Assembly: GCA_963693365.1 (NCBI GenBank)
Contig: CAVNZM010000001.1
Location: forward strand, 13,130,418-13,194,417
Source: Amoebidium appalachense
Lineage: Eukaryota > Protista > Ichthyosporea
Direction: 5' to 3'
Length of the DNA stretch: 64,000 nucleotides
The notes beneath the pieces were generated by a model. It was not told where the DNA came from. It ran no database searches and saw nothing but the letters and a program-made list of their open reading frames with translations. Shown here piece after piece: positions 1 through 14,400 of the stretch. The position numbers and the translations under genes are program-made. Every line of letters begins with the position of its first letter. The first letter of the stretch is position 1.

Positions 1-50
1 TGTGCCTTAGTCTACTTACGTCCCCTATACCACCCCCAACCCCCCCTTCC

Positions 51-83
<33 letters not shown>

Positions 84-188
84 ACCCACCAGCCACCCCT
101 TCCCCCTCCCCCATACCCCCCTATTGCACACACACGCACGTGTCTCTTGATATGTCAAAGTGGCGTGCTGACCAGCTGAGCTGTGCAG

Positions 189-3113
189 AGGACACCAACG
201 GCCAGGCCATCTCCCCGTGGCACGATATTCCTCTGTTCGCCGACCAGGAAAATGGCGTGCTTAACGCTATTATTGAGATTCCTCGCTGGACCAACGCAAA
301 GATGGAGGTGAGGCTTTGTCAAATAGCACACGGTTACCTCTCACGACCCACACAAAACTTAGATGCACTGCATCGATGCCCAGGCACAGTTGCTTGCCTT
401 CACGCGATTAGTTGCTTGGTTGGGAAGATAAGGTGGGCTCTGCTTAGGGCTTGACACACTTTCCAACGTTCTCCCCTTCCCCTTGCCCTACCTTCTGATC
501 CCTCCCCCCACCCCCTAATCCTCCTTAACCTCCCCCATCCTCCCCCCCCCCCCCCCCCTCACGGGGCTCCCCCCCCCCCCCCCCCCCCTTCCCTCCCCTT
601 TAAAAGCATTTACACACACTTGGTTTCCTGGACGTCTTTTACCCTCGTTATATTGTAACGCACAGTTTTGCGAGCTTCCTCTGCTGGAAGCTGTGAGAAA
701 GTCGAGCTTTCCGAGGGGGGCAAAGGGGGGGGGGGGGGGGAGGGGGGGAGTTGCTCTGACACATAAACACTACACTGGCCCTCTGGAGTTCTGCTTTGCA
801 GTTTGCACTTCAATAGCACACAGTCATACGTGCAGTGGTGTTAGGGGAGAGGGGGGCCTGGGGGTGCAAGGGAGAGGTCGGAGGGTGGTGGGGTGGTGGT
901 GGTGGGCTGGTGGGCGGTGGGGGATGGAGAAGGGTGCTTGAGTTATGCTTTCGGCACGGTGTTAACCTGACTGCCAGCATCCCCTGTAGTTTCATTCGAA
1001 TGGGTGTTGAGGGAGAGCCGTGAATGGTTGCTAACAAATTTCCTTTTCAGATTGCCACTGGGGACAAGTTGAACCCCATCAAGCAGGACGTCAAGAAGGG
1101 CAAGCTCCGCTTTGTGGCCAACGCCTTCCCCCACAAGGGCTATATCTGGAACTACGGTGCCCTCCCCCAGGTGTGTGGCTTGTCATGGAACGGTTGAGAG
1201 GTTGCAACGTCTTGCCTTTTTGCTTGCTTTGCTCACACCCCGCATAGGCAGTGCATCTTTGCCCCTCTCATGTGAGCAGACTCCCTGTGCGGTTAACTAA
1301 CTGGGTAGGGGGCGTCTTGCCCTTGCTTGCTTGCACACATCCCTGCTCAGGCACTACACTTGTGCCCTGAAAATGCGGGCATGCACCCTGTGTGGCCAGC
1401 TAACATTAACTGGTTGGGTGGACAGACGTGGGAGGACCCCAACCACGTGGACTCGCGCACCAACGCCAAGGGCGACAACGACCCGCTGGATATCTGCGAG
1501 ATCGGCTTCAAGGTGCGTGTTGCTCCTCCGTGCAAAAAAATGGGGGGGGGGGTTGGGGGGTCGGGGGGAAGGGTGGGTGGGTGGGTGGGTGTATGTGTGT
1601 GGCGGGGGGAGGGGGGGGGGGGGAGTGTGTGAAGCAGGTATGCAGGGACTTCATTTGTGTTCCTTTTTTCAGTGATGCTGACTCGGGGTTGCAGGTTGCC
1701 GAGCGTGGAGAGGTCAAGCAGGTCAAGGTGCTGGGTGTGCTGGCCATGATCGATGAGGGCGAGACCGATTGGAAGATCCTGGTTATCGACATCAACGACC
1801 CCTTGGCAGCGGAACTCAACGGTACGTGCATGTGCACGTGTGTGTTTGATGCATTGGGGGGGGACACTTGTGCTGGGGGAAGAGTGTTCTTTTGAAGGGG
1901 GGATCTGTGGGGGAGTGGGGGTTGGTGTTCATATGGTATGTAGGAGATGGTTTGCTAGGAGCATCCCTGTAGGGTTGCTTGCATGCAGTGTATGGGTGCT
2001 TGGTGTGTCATTGGTCCTGCTAGGGAGATGATCTGGGCTGACGTGCATGGTTGCTTATGCTGCAGACATTGATGACGTGGAGAAGCACTGCCCCGGCCTG
2101 CTGGAGGCCACCACGGACTGGTTCCGCGTCTACAAGGTGGCTGACGGCAAGCCCCTCAACGAGTTTGCCTTCGACGGCAAGTTTCAGAACAAGGTGCCTG
2201 CCCGGGGATGTGGGGGGTTTTTTTGGGGGAGGGGGGGGGGGGAGGGAGGGAAAGGAACATAGATTGGTGCGATGCATCGCGGGGGGGGGGAAAGGGGGGG
2301 GGAGCATAGAAGAGATGGATGTGGTACACGGGGGGGGGGGGGGGGGGTATAGATCTTGTGTGCGGGGAGTGTGTGCTGACATGCGTCCGTGCGCAGGCAT
2401 TTGCCATGGAGGTGATCGAGCAGACACACAATGCCTGGAAGAAGCTCATTGCTGCTGGCCATGACAAGCTCGCCACGTATGCTCCCCCCGCCCCAAAACA
2501 CACACACACACACATTCTCCCCTCCCATGTCATCATATGCAGGGCCCATTTTCCGTGGGAAGGAACGTTCGGTATGTGTTTGTGTCCCTTGCGTTGTAAA
2601 AACAGTGCTGTGCTTTCCGCCGTGGATGTCTTCGTACTCTGTAACACATTCAACCCCCCCACCACCCCCCCATCTCCCATCTTCCTCCTCCCCCGGATGC
2701 CTTCCTTCCTTCCGTCCCTTGCTCCCTAGCCATGGTCATACATGAAGTCATGTTTGTGCTCGCCATGGTCATGTAGATGAAGTTACACGGGGGTTGAAAA
2801 GCATCATAGTGTGTCTTCTTCTCCGCTCCTGCCTTCCTGGGCATGTTGGCCAATTGCACGGGCTTTGATGCGCTTGTGTTTGTGCTCTCTCCCTCCTTGC
2901 CTTCCTTCTTCCACGCGTCCAACTATGCAGGGGTTGCATAGTGTGCTTGTACCCGCATGCACAGTGTGTGTGTCAGAGGGTCACCTGGTGCACATACAAG
3001 CAGCCATAACTGACACAAGATCCACAGGCACGCCACCAAGGTGGATGAGGCAGCCGTCAAACTGGCACCCGAGGAGGCCAACAAGCACGTCGACGAGGTG
3101 TGCATTCCCACAA

Positions 3114-3152
<39 letters not shown>

Positions 3153-3387
3153 CCCTTCCGGTGGAGGACACGCGCAGGCTGGCTTTCTGTGTGCATGCAT
3201 GCACCGGACACTTCTGTTTTTTCTTGTTAGTGTGTTGGTGTTGCACGAGGTGAATGTGCCTGAACTTGTACAGTGAGGTTGACGGTTGCCCTCCCATGTT
3301 GCTGAGGTTGCATACCTGCATGTTTCTTTTTGCACATGTACTATACCGTGTTTCTTTGTTGTATTTCGTATCGTGTTCCGCATTCTA

Positions 3388-3428
<41 letters not shown>

Positions 3429-3858
3429 AAAAAAAAAAAAAACCCTGCCCTCCCGCCCTCCGGGGGGTTCAGAGTTTGAACTCAACACATTTCAACGATT
3501 ACTCTTCTGTGAATTGTATTTCTAGTGTGAGAGCCGCAATACCAACCGCCTCATATTGTGCTGCTCCGCATGGGTAGCATTGTGGTCTGATTATAACGGC
3601 TCTATACTAATCGATGTATTACGCTTCCCTGCAGATCCCCCACGCAGCAAACAGTGTGCACAAGCCCCACGATGGTAAGCAGCCCCCCCCCCCCCCCCCC
3701 CCACCCCACCCACCCACCCCACCACCACCACCCACCCACCCACCCTTCTTGCTCCATGAACACCACCACACCCAAGATACCTGGTTTTGTCCGTCGTGGA
3801 TGTTTTTTTTTTTTTTTTTGGTAGTCTAGAAACATCAACCCCCCCCCCCTCCTCCTCC

Positions 3859-3897
<39 letters not shown>

Positions 3898-4200
3898 AAT
3901 GTAGGCGCAACTCTTACTCCCTGCACACTTTGCGGCATGCTTACATGCACACCTTTCTTGTCATCCAAGAGGACGAATGGACTACAGAAAAAAATATATA
4001 GATTGCCTAAATTGTGTGCACGTTTTTGTATTGGAAGCAGTACAAGGCCCCCCACCATTCTTAACCGTCATGTGCGGGATCCACTGTCATATAACTCTAA
4101 CCTTTCTGCATCCCCCGCTCCTTCCGCCCCTCCCCTTCCACACACACACACACACACACACACAGTGGACAAGTGGCACTACGGCCACCGCAAGATGTAA
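189..4200 (+). CDS. PPA1: Soluble inorganic pyrophosphatase (family I), spliced; first exon(s) lie upstream of the window
   Basis: Exons 189-307, 1051-1170, 1426-1512, 1695-1821, 2066-2193, 2397-2476, 3028-3097, 3635-3674, 4166-4200 join in phase through GT-AG introns. Product contains [63 protein letters not shown] and ends [11 protein letters not shown], matching IPP1/PPA1. Confidence 0.96.
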
Positions 4201-4751
4201 ATGGACGCAACGGCACGCACAGGGTGGGACCCGGGTGCGGAGGGGGGGATAGGGGGAGGGGGGGGGGGGGAATGCTACAGAGTGCAAAGTACACATTGAG
4301 GGGGGGGGGGGGGGGGGGGGGAGAGGGGGGGCGAGAGAGCGAGAAAAGTCACCCACACTACCGAGTTTTATACGGTCCGAAAGGGGGGGGGGGGGGGGGG
4401 GGGGGACTGTGTCCTGGCACCCCTGTGCAGGCTCTGCATATGAATGAAAGTCGCTAATTAATAAATGCCAGCCTGCTGCCCCCGCCAGCAGCTTGCTTGG
4501 ACCTCCGTACATTTGACCCACACTGGCGCACGGTATAATGCCTTCATTCCCTTCGTGCCCTACACGGGCGCTAATATTGCGTGCTTTATTTCGTTGGCAC
4601 CTGCCAACACAGGCACACCATACACTGCCTCTCGTAACTGAGGCAATCCAGGCAACATCATTCATTCTTCATTCTCTTCCTGCTTCACACAGGCACACCA
4701 CAAACTACCTCTCCAACATTTCCTAAGTGCCCCACACAGGCACACCACACA

Positions 4752-5192
4752 CTACCTCTCCTTCTTAGCCTCGCTTTTCTCCTTACTGCCATCCACCTCT
4801 TGTTGCTCCAATCGCACAGGTACCACGGGGTCCACGGTGCTGTGCCATGGGTAGGTCAGCACACACAGGGCAAGGGTGGTGGTGGCCAGGAAGAAGAAGA
4901 AGGGCCCTGCACGCTGCAGGCCCGAGGCATATATGGCTGTGTGCAGGGCGGCTGTGAACAGCACACAGCACACCGTGCTGTGTGTGGTGTTGGCCACCCA
5001 CGACAGCAGCACAGACAGGAAGCCGTGTGCACACAAAAAGAACCATAGGCCCTCGAAGAACTCGGGTAGCCCTCCGCCAGTCTGTGTGAGTGTGTGTGTG
5101 TGTGTTGGTTAGTACTCACTGTGTCGTGTGCTGCCCTGGGGGAGGGGGAGGGGGGGGGACTTCAAGAGCTTAGGGGAAGGCTGGGGGGCGGA

Positions 5193-5229
<37 letters not shown>

Positions 5230-5517
5230 GTAGGGGAATGATTTGGGATGATTGATGAGCAGAAACACGGGGAAAAACGTTTGCACAGAAACAAAAAGAA
5301 AGACTAAGTGGAATGTTGAGGATAGCAAGCCTTGGGCACATATGCATCTGAACAATGCATGCAACACCTGGAAAAAGGCAATTGGCTCTTGTGTGGTGTA
5401 GATTTCTCTTCGATTTTCGCATGCGCCGGGGGGAAGGGAGGGGGGACGGGGCAGGGGAGGGGGGGGGGGATGAAAAGGGGGGAGGGGGGAGGCCGGGGAG
5501 GGAGGGGGAAGGGGGAA

Positions 5518-5554
<37 letters not shown>

Positions 5555-6418
5555 GGAAGGGGGGTGGTGATCAAAGCATGCAAAACATGGAAAAAGGCTA
5601 TTGGCTCTTGTGTGGTGTGGATTTCTCTTCGGTTTTCGCATGCGCCGGGGGGGAGGGGAGGGGGGGGGGGGGGGGGGATGGAAGGGGGGAGGGGGGAGAT
5701 GGGGGGAGGGGGGGGGGGGAGGAAGGGGAGGTGGAAAGGGCAACTGGCAGACCGGAGACTAGGCCCAGGTTCAAGCAAGCCAGCCATGGCACACACACAC
5801 CTTAAGCAGGGGGCTGTAGCCGAACAGGGGGGCCTGCCACAGGGCCCACAGGGTGCCCACCAGCAGGCTGCCACTGAGGGGTGACAGCAGCTGCTGTGCG
5901 CGGGGGGTTGCATAGCCCCGCCAGCCTAGCTCCTCCAGCCAGCCACACACCAGCCTGACAGCAAACACAACCGTCACCTCCCTGCCTGCAGGCACGGGCC
6001 CCAGGGACGGTGCCTCGACCCTGCGTCCCCACACCACCAGCCCTGTATCTGCCGCCCAGCTCTGCAGCAACAGTGCGCTGGCAACCAGGGCAGGAGGCAC
6101 GCACAGGGCAAGCACGTGCCAGGCGGGGAAGCCCACACGCAGGCGCACGGCACGGGCCAGCAACTCGACCACGGGGGCGTCGTACAGCACCACCCCGGCC
6201 ACGGCGGCCAGGGCCGGGCCCAGGCGGCCCACACAGTCCAGGGCGGCCACCAGCAGCGGCTGCTTGAGCATGGGCAGGTCGTCCAGCCAGCCCAGCGCAA
6301 GCATGCAGTTGCAGCCCCACGCCGAGTAGCTGCACACGCAGCACAGCAAAAAGTACACAGCAAGCTCAGCCGCCTGCTCCAGCCTGCTCGGCACTGGAGC
6401 CTTCCTCGTGTCGGCCAT
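4752..6418 (-). CDS. CPBP/Abi (CAAX protease-like) intramembrane protein, 2 exons, possibly catalytically degenerate
   Basis: Exon 1 6418-5801 (donor AAG|GTGTGT) and exon 2 5081-4752 (CACAG|ACT) are in phase 0. Multi-TM hydrophobic protein with the motif LEELGWRGY and GTLWALWQAP (family consensus WxxWH). Confidence 0.78.
5357..5652. repeat. Two diverged copies of a ~77-bp unit separated by G-rich tracts in the CPBP intron
   Basis: GCATGCAA..TGGAAAAAGGC.ATTGGCTCTTGTGTGGTGT.GATTTCTCTTCG.TTTTCGCATGCGCCGGGGGG at 5357-5433 and 5576-5652. Confidence 0.85.
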
Positions 6419-7825
6419 GTTGCGCGTGCCCTCCGTCAAGCGCACACTACTTTTAGTCCTCTGTGCTGGTTCTAGAGTGTGCTCTCCTGAATGGGGACTG
6501 CCAAACCCACTCGCTGGTTACAGCCTAGACCTAAAAAGGGCTGTGTAAGCTTATTTTTCTATTGACATACCAGTCTCACAGCTTACAGTTTGCACTATAT
6601 ATAGGCTTGAGAATTGAACAATTAGAATCACCCTTCGATTAAGACCAAAAGGATGGACATAATTCGCATATGTTTGCTTGTGTGCAACTGCTAATTACTG
6701 TAGCAACCGACCTAGTCACATAATATACTGCTGGTCAGAAATTTTTTTTCAGCATGCCTCTGCCAAGTACTGGCCGCATGTGCACGGCACTGTGGCACTC
6801 TAGCTCAGAGTCTCAGTCGGACAATTGCAAAGTACGTGTCGACATTTGTAGCTGGAAGCCGGGCCAGGCAGAGGGCCCGGCGCCAGGCGCCGTGCCGGTT
6901 CGGGCCTCCGAACTTCCGAAGTGTGGTGCGGTGCAGTCGGCCTGGCGGTCGCGCACCAGATCTGGATGAACTTCAGGATAACGTTACCGTAGTGCATTTA
7001 TTGTGGTACATATGATTTTATAAAAATCAACAAAAAAAAAAATCTTACTCCGACATACATGCATTTATAAGCACCGTGACTCGGAAAGGAAAATGGCACC
7101 ATACGTCTTGCCCTTCTTGCCCCGCGGGCTGTGCGTGTGTCCACATGCGGCTTGATGTGCACGGCGTGTCACCGCCAACGTTAACGCGTACGCGTCATGT
7201 ACCACGGCCACGGTGGCCATGCATGAGAAATTCATAACTGTATTCATAGTACTCACGTGTTCCTTGGTCACTGCAACTGCCATGGCCAGTGCCAGTCTTC
7301 CAGAACATATTATAAGCCGCGGACTGTGTGAGAACAGTGTTTCCCGCATGCCTTGAACAGTGTTTCCCATACCTTGCTTTCACCCGGGGCTCGCGTGCCG
7401 CGTGACGGTGCATGCCGGCATTGGCAGGATAAACTGAATCTCCACAGGCTCACAGGGCACCAATCAAAATTGGCTCTTACAACCTAGCTGACCAATGATA
7501 TACATTGCACTGAGATCTTGATTCTTGAGACTTATAGAATGCGAGATCTTGAATTGACAAAAAGTGGGCACATCGGCATGTTGTTATATAATCGAGGTGA
7601 ATTTATGAAATTGAAACGATTTTTTTTTGTTTGTTTGAGTATTACACCCTCATTTTTTTTTTACATCTTGGACCAAAAGAATCTTCAGAGGCTATGGCAA
7701 CCATTCAAGTTGTTAGGACTTAGGACTCGAGCAGCGAGTCGAGCTCAGTCCGGGAAGCCTTTGCAGCCCTCAAGATCCTTCCGGGGCTCTATAGATCCAC
7801 CAATAGCTTACATACTCTCCTCAGA

Positions 7826-7910
<85 letters not shown>

Positions 7911-8333
7911 ATTCCACCCTTCGAGTAATTTCCCCACCCGATTCCTTACGGCGTAGTTCAGACCATTCCCCTGTAGAATTTTCGGTTTCCTTCCCTGTTC
8001 ACTTCGGCGGGGCTACTCTCAGACTAACCGCCGCCTCTTATCTCGCGGTTTCAAGCACAAGTTAAACCAGTTACTCGCTGTCAAGGAGTATGAGTCGGTT
8101 CATGGCTTCTTTCTTGCCGCAGTGCGCGACGCCCGTGCGCAGCGGAACCCGGCTATTTCGGAGGTTTGTTATAATGAGTTTGTTGAGTTCCTATTTGCCC
8201 TTGGCGAGCAGGTGGTGGGCACGGTTGAGTACCCTTCCGTTCGGCTGAGACAGTCTCACGTTTTGCAGTCCCTACGACAGTTGTTGCCTCTACATGATCG
8301 GTCTGGAAATCCGCCGGTCGGTTTGGGCCTTCC

Positions 8334-9939
8334 GTGCAAGTCTATGCCCCGTCTCCTTCCATCTCCGTTGCTGAATCCGTCGATGACTATTATGCTTCCC
8401 TATTTTCGCTTCCTAACGTGTCCACGGTTCCATCACCGCCCGCTGGCCTCTCCCAGCCGCCAAGTTGGGAGCCGGACCGATCGTTCCCGGGCACTTTTCA
8501 TAGTTATTTCAACTCTTCGGCTGTTTTTGGTGCTATACGGGCGTTAAAACCCCGCAAGGCGTGCGGGCCGGATGCTCTTCCTCCCGTGCTTTTCAAGGTT
8601 CTTTCTCCCGTGCTTCCGCCCCGTAATCGTGCAGAGTCCCCCCCGCCCCCGCCTTTTGCTGTCCTTCTTAGTGAGTTTTTTCCGGCTTTTTTCGAACTCG
8701 GGTTTATTCCAAATTCGTGGCTTGACACAATCGTTACGCCCGTTCGTAAGAACTTGAAGGTATCGCAGGGGGTCATTAACGACTTTCGTCCCGTCACACT
8801 TACCAACGTTTTTCGTCGGCTCTTCGAGGGTTGCATGCTTCGCGCGTTTAACACCGACGATTCTTTAAACGCCGTGTTCCGTCTTTCTTCCCTTCAAGGG
8901 GGCTTTCGTCATGCCTATTCGTGTTATACTCACAGTCTGTTACTCCATGAATCCATTACTTCTGGCTCTCCACACGTTGTCTTCATCGACCTTAAGAACG
9001 CCTACGACACCGTACCCACTGGTTTGTTATGGCATAAGCTGGCTATGCGGGGCTTACCAGCCCCCTTTGGCCGTCTTCTGCAAGCGTTGTTCGATACCAC
9101 TCGCGGACGAGCGGCGGTCAATGGAACATTAACACCCGGTTTTTCCCATTCCCGGGGTCTTCTGCAGGGGTCCCTCCTGAGTCCGTTCATGTTGTTTGAC
9201 GTTTTCATTGACGATTTAGCCTGCGCCCTCGAACCCTTTGGCCAACTGCATACCCGCCGTGTACCGGGTCTCCTTTTTGCGGACGATATTGTTCTTTGTT
9301 CCTTAACCGAAGATGTCATGCACCAGATGCTTCGTCAGGTGGATCAATGGTGCACCGAGAATCTCATGACAGTCGGAATTGCAAAGTGTGCTACTTTTTC
9401 GAAGAACACTTCCTTTCGATTGGCCGGCCTTCCTATTCCTGTTCAGAGCACCTATGACTATTTGGGTATTCCTTTTACTGCACGGGGTATTGATTTCCGC
9501 AAGCTCTTCACGGCACAGATCGCTCGTGCGAAGGGTAAGCTTCACATCGTGTCAAATATGTTTCAACAGGAGTCTGTGATCCATCCTGCGAACCTTCTTC
9601 TCTACTATAAAACTTTTCTACGGCCGACTTTCGAATATGGACTTCCGCTATTGGCCTGCGCCCCACCTCGCGAGGCGGCAATGGCGCTGAACGAGTTCGA
9701 CGATTTTCAGGGTACTGCGCTACGCACTTTGTTTCGTACTCGGTTTGTGCCTCCCTTAATCAGTATGTTTGGATTGTCGTCTGCTGTTTGTCGTATGGAG
9801 GAATTGTCTCTTCGTTTTTGTTTTCATTTAGTTAGGCTACCTGATGGTCACCCTCTTTATGCTTTCTTTTCCCCCCCTCCCTCCATCCCTCTTCCCCCCC
9901 GATTCACCAACGCTACTTCTGAATGTCCTGAGCCTACCC
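8334..9939 (+). pseudogene. LINE ORF2 reverse transcriptase, 5' portion, interrupted at 9940
   Basis: KACGPD, FRPVTLTN, QGGFR, FIDLKNAYDTV, GLLQGSLLSP, LLFADD, YDYLGI. Two frame changes upstream, at about 8005 and 8297. Confidence 0.93.
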
Positions 9940-10597
9940 TGTCGTATCCTAATGTATGTGTACTAGAGACGCGGCACTCTACTAAGTGTACACACACGAA
10001 AAGGAACGAACGTGTACAGAAAAACGGTAAAGTTTATTAAGACCAGGCTCCGACGGGCAAACTTAGATCCGTACGGATTGAGTCTAAGTTACGACTGAGG
10101 CCATCAAGGCCGTGCCCTCTAAGATCATCATCACCTGGCCCCCTACGATGCCACATTCCATTAACATTCCGATCTACTTTTATCGTGCGCCTGCACGAGC
10201 TAAGTCGATCTACTCAACTAATATATTTATCCAAGTCTCACCCCTCACCCTCCCCCTAGTGGCACCGCAGAGTCTAAATCTACATTTCATACTATCCTCC
10301 CCCCCTCCCTCCCCCCCTTTCCTCTACATCTACATATATAAATACGTTTGGCAACATATACTATCAAACCTTGCCAATCCTTACAAAAGGGCTTCTGCCC
10401 GAACAATCACATTCCTAAGTCCTCCTACGATCTATCCTACACACTAATTAGAATTCTATTGGACGGCTGTCCCGGCTGACGTGGTCCAATGCCCTGCGCC
10501 GGCAGAGGCAAGATGCACGCAGCTGTTCAGCTATCTTGAGGCCCCGGACTTGATCTTGATGATCTGTGGACCCGGGCCACCCCCCCCCCCCCCCCCC
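9940..10597 (-). repeat. Family A outer 3' LTR, left piece
   Basis: Near-identical to 34173-34830; ends in the C-run where the inner copy inserted. Confidence 0.92.
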
Positions 10598-11312
10598 TGT
10601 CGTATCCTAATATATGTGTACTAGAGACGCGGCACTCTACTAAGTGTACACACACGAAAAGGAACGAACGTGTACAGAAAAACGGTAAAGTTTATTAAGA
10701 CCAGGCTCCGACGGGCAAACTTAGATCCGTACGGATTGAGTCTAAGTTACGACTGAGGCCATCAAGGCCGTGCCCTACAAGATCATCATCACCTGGCCCC
10801 CTACGATGCCACATTCCATTAACATTCCGATCTACTTTTATCGTGCGCCAGCACGAGCTAAGTCGATCTACTCAACTAATATATTTATCCAAGTCTCACC
10901 CCTCACCCTCCCCCTAGTGGCACCGCAGAGTCTAAATCTACATTTCATACTATCCTCCCCCCCTCCCTCCCCCCTTTTCTCTACATCTACATATATAAAT
11001 ACGTTTGGCAACATATACTATCAAACCTTACCAATCCTTACAAAAGGGCTTCTGCCCGAACAATGACATTCCTAAGTCCTCCTACGATCTATCCTACACA
11101 CTAATTAGAATTCTATTGGACGGCTGTCCCGGCTGACGTGGTCCAATGCCCTGCGCCGGCAGAGGCAAGATGATGCACGCAGCTGCACAGCTATCTTGAG
11201 GCCCCGGACTTGATCTTGATGATCTGTGACCCGGGCCACCCCCCCCCCCCCCCCCCCCCCGATCTCGATCGTAGACTTAGGCTAATCTGCTGAGACGGAT
11301 TAGTATATGTCA
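10598..11312 (-). repeat. Family A inner 3' LTR
   Basis: TG...CA termini, 715 bp, adjacent to the G-rich PPT. Confidence 0.95.
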
Positions 11313-11443
11313 ACTCCCCCCCGGCCCCCGGAAAAGCTGAGTCCCACCTCAGTCACATTACATCTAACACCCCCAAAAAAGACATAGACTAATCAGTCTC
11401 CTAAAAAAATTAAATTAAATAAATTACGAAGAAAAATAATAAA

Positions 11444-14400
11444 TTAATCTACACCATAAGCTTGATACCTACGGAGACACCTATGATAATAAATTAAATT
11501 CCTACGACTACGTTCACACTCCTCCTCGGTCTCCTCCCCCCCTCCCCCTCCCCCCGTGTGTCTACGTGTATTTGCATCACTCCCCCCCCCGGTCCCCTCC
11601 CCCACCGACTTTTTCACACCACGATTAAACTGAGGAATAACTCTCTTTGGCCTAGAGGGAGCACTAGGCAACTCCCTCTGCACTAATCTAGCCTCATAAG
11701 CACGAATAGAAAACGGGCAATCCAAATGAAACTCAGGCAACCACTGATCTTCCTGATAACCTCCCTCAAAACGAATTAAATAATAATTTACCTTACCTTC
11801 CTTACCTTCGATAACCTTTTTATCCATAATTTTATCTACTGCAGCCTCCGATACATCCACCGACCCGTCATAGTCGGGGGTGAATGCATCTAACACTCGA
11901 CGGCCCTCCGGCCGTTTTACCCTAAGGGCCCTATCATAATATTCCTTTATATCATCTACATTATAAAATCTAACATCACTCTCATTATCTAACCTCTGCA
12001 CCTTATATTCCGTCGGACCTAACCTAGCCACTATTTTATACGGGCCAATGAAAAGAGGCAACCATTTCTTACCATACTTACGAAGACCTTCACCTTCACC
12101 CTTACCTTCCTGCTCCTGCTTATATCTCTTTTTCCTAGTATGATCCCTAATTAAAACTAAAGTACCCTCGGCAAATTCACGTAACGGACGTGTGGACACG
12201 TCTGTACGTGCCTGTGCCTGCTGTGTACGGGCCAGAGCTGCATCACGTGCAGCCCGGGCCCGGGTTAGTAGCTGCTCCCGGAACTCAGTCCAGTGGGGAT
12301 AAGTTAGTCGGTCAGCCCCCCCCATCGGCAAAAGTGCCGTATCTAACAAACTAATAGCCTCCTGCCCATAGACCAAATAAAACGGAGAAAAACCAGTCAC
12401 AGCATGAGGGGTAGAATTATATGAATGAGCAATAAACCTAGACATATGATCCCAATCATTAGCCTCCACATCCACCATTTTGCCAAAGGACTTCTGAAAC
12501 ACTGCATGCACACGTTCAGAGATGGCATTTGCTTGAGGGTGATATGCAGACGTAGTGATATGAGCTACCCTTAAAATTTTACACACCTCCGACACCAACT
12601 GATTTAAAAACACACGACTCCTATCCGTTAACAAAACACGAGGACAACCAAACCTAAGACAAATTTCATCCACAAAAATACGAGCAAACAAAACGGCATT
12701 AGCAGTGGGGAGAGGAAAAACTTCAACCCAACGAGTGGCCACATCGGTGACGGTAACAAGAACAGTGTTACCCTCAACCGTAGAATTAAAAGGACCGACC
12801 ACATCCACTGCTACCCTTTCAAACATACGAACATTAAAATCCCTAATAAACGACGGGCGGGAACGAGAGTGGGGACTCTCATTCCTTTCCTGACAATGCA
12901 TGCATGACAACACATAATCCCTCACCTCCCTACTCATACCCGGCCAAAAATACGAACGATTAACACGAAGCAACGTCCTATTTACACCTAAATGACCAGC
13001 CATGGGATGCTCATGCACCATATGCAAAACCTCAGGCACAAGTGCCGTCGGGACCCAAACTCGGTGTCCGTCTGGCCCAGAACAATGATAAACTAAATCC
13101 TGCTCTACCTGACACATTTTTGCTAACTTAGCTACCTTAATCATCTGCCTTTTATTTTTAAATTTAATTGAATCAACCGGCCCCTTTAAATAATTCTTAA
13201 CCAGACCAATCAACACATCTTCCTCCTGAGCTAAGATCAAAGCCGTAGGTGCTAAGGCAGGGGCCGAGCCATGAGACTCGGTCCCGACCTCAGACACTGA
13301 CAAATACCTCCCCCCCCCTCTCCTACACTTATAAGCAAGCAACCCCGGAACCCAAGAAGACACATCCACAGACACAGCATCTATTCCTTTCTGCTCACTC
13401 TCCCCCCCTTCCCCCCCTCCCCCCCCGTCTCTCACTATCCCCCCCCTCCCCCTCCTTCTCTTCTTCAAACAAAATATAAGCAGCACGAGAGAGAGCATCA
13501 CAGTCAACCATTGTTTCACCCTTGGCATAAAACAATTTATAGGAGAACTCACCGAGAGCCGCGGCCCACTTCTGCATCCTCTCGTTGACCAGACGAGTGG
13601 TGCCGGCCATGGCTAGGCAGGGCTTGTGGTCGGTGTAGACCTCAAACGTCCTGCCTGCGAGTATGTACCTCCATGCCTGTGAGACTGCCCAAAAGATAGC
13701 ATGGGACTCTCTCTCTGGATTGCTATATCTACGTTCACTTTTACTAAATGAACGACTAGCATAAGCAATCACTCTATCCTGCCCCTCCTGCACTTGATAT
13801 AACACGGCCCCCTCAGCAACCTTACTTGCATCACACCGAACTTTAAACATCCCCCCCCCGGCCGAAAAATCAGGATGAACAAGCATACTCGAAGACTGCA
13901 AAGCTAACTTAAGCTTTTCGAAAGCAGAAACAGCATCAACATTCCAATCTATTCTATTCTTCTTCTCCCCCCCGTCTGACTAGTTAACGGCAAAGCAAGC
14001 ATACTATAATCCTTAATATAACGACGAAGATAATTAGTTAAACCTAAAAATTGCCTTAGTTGAGTGACAGTCTGAGGACGGGGCCACTCAACTATGGCCC
14101 GGATTTTCTCCGGATCAGGGGAAAGACCATTACTAGACACAATATGACCTAAAAACTTAACCTCCGGCACACCAATCACAGTCTTGCTACCGCTAATACG
14201 AAGACCAGACTCACCCAAAGCTAAAAATACTTTTTCACAATTATTAACTAGCTCCTCAAATGACCTACCTTTAATTAAAACATCATCCAAATAAGGGTGG
14301 CATACATCCAAATGAGGGTGGAGAATTTTATACATTACCCGGCACAACATAGCTGGAGAGGAGAGCAAACCCATCGGCACCACCTTGTACTGGAACAGCT

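Noticed and set aside
6450-7860. Intergenic region with short palindromes and a GAACAGTGTTTCCC direct repeat
   Set aside because: No terminal repeats, TSD or credible ORF were found, so no element could be assigned.
10112-10447. Repeated ~100-aa ORF MP(S/Y)KIIITWPP in four places
   Set aside because: It lies within the family A LTR, antisense to the element, starts at GTG, and its C-terminus changes with C-run length.
9940-11312. Apparent tandem or split LTRs suggesting a DIRS-like or tandem-dimer element
   Set aside because: LTR variant pairing and the remaining piece at 27190-27258 show self-insertion; the element has a DDE integrase and no tyrosine recombinase.
13949-13975. Frameshift between RT and RNase H of family A as possible programmed recoding
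   Set aside because: The inner copy has G7 and the outer G9, while G8 restores the frame, so this is homopolymer noise or slippage.
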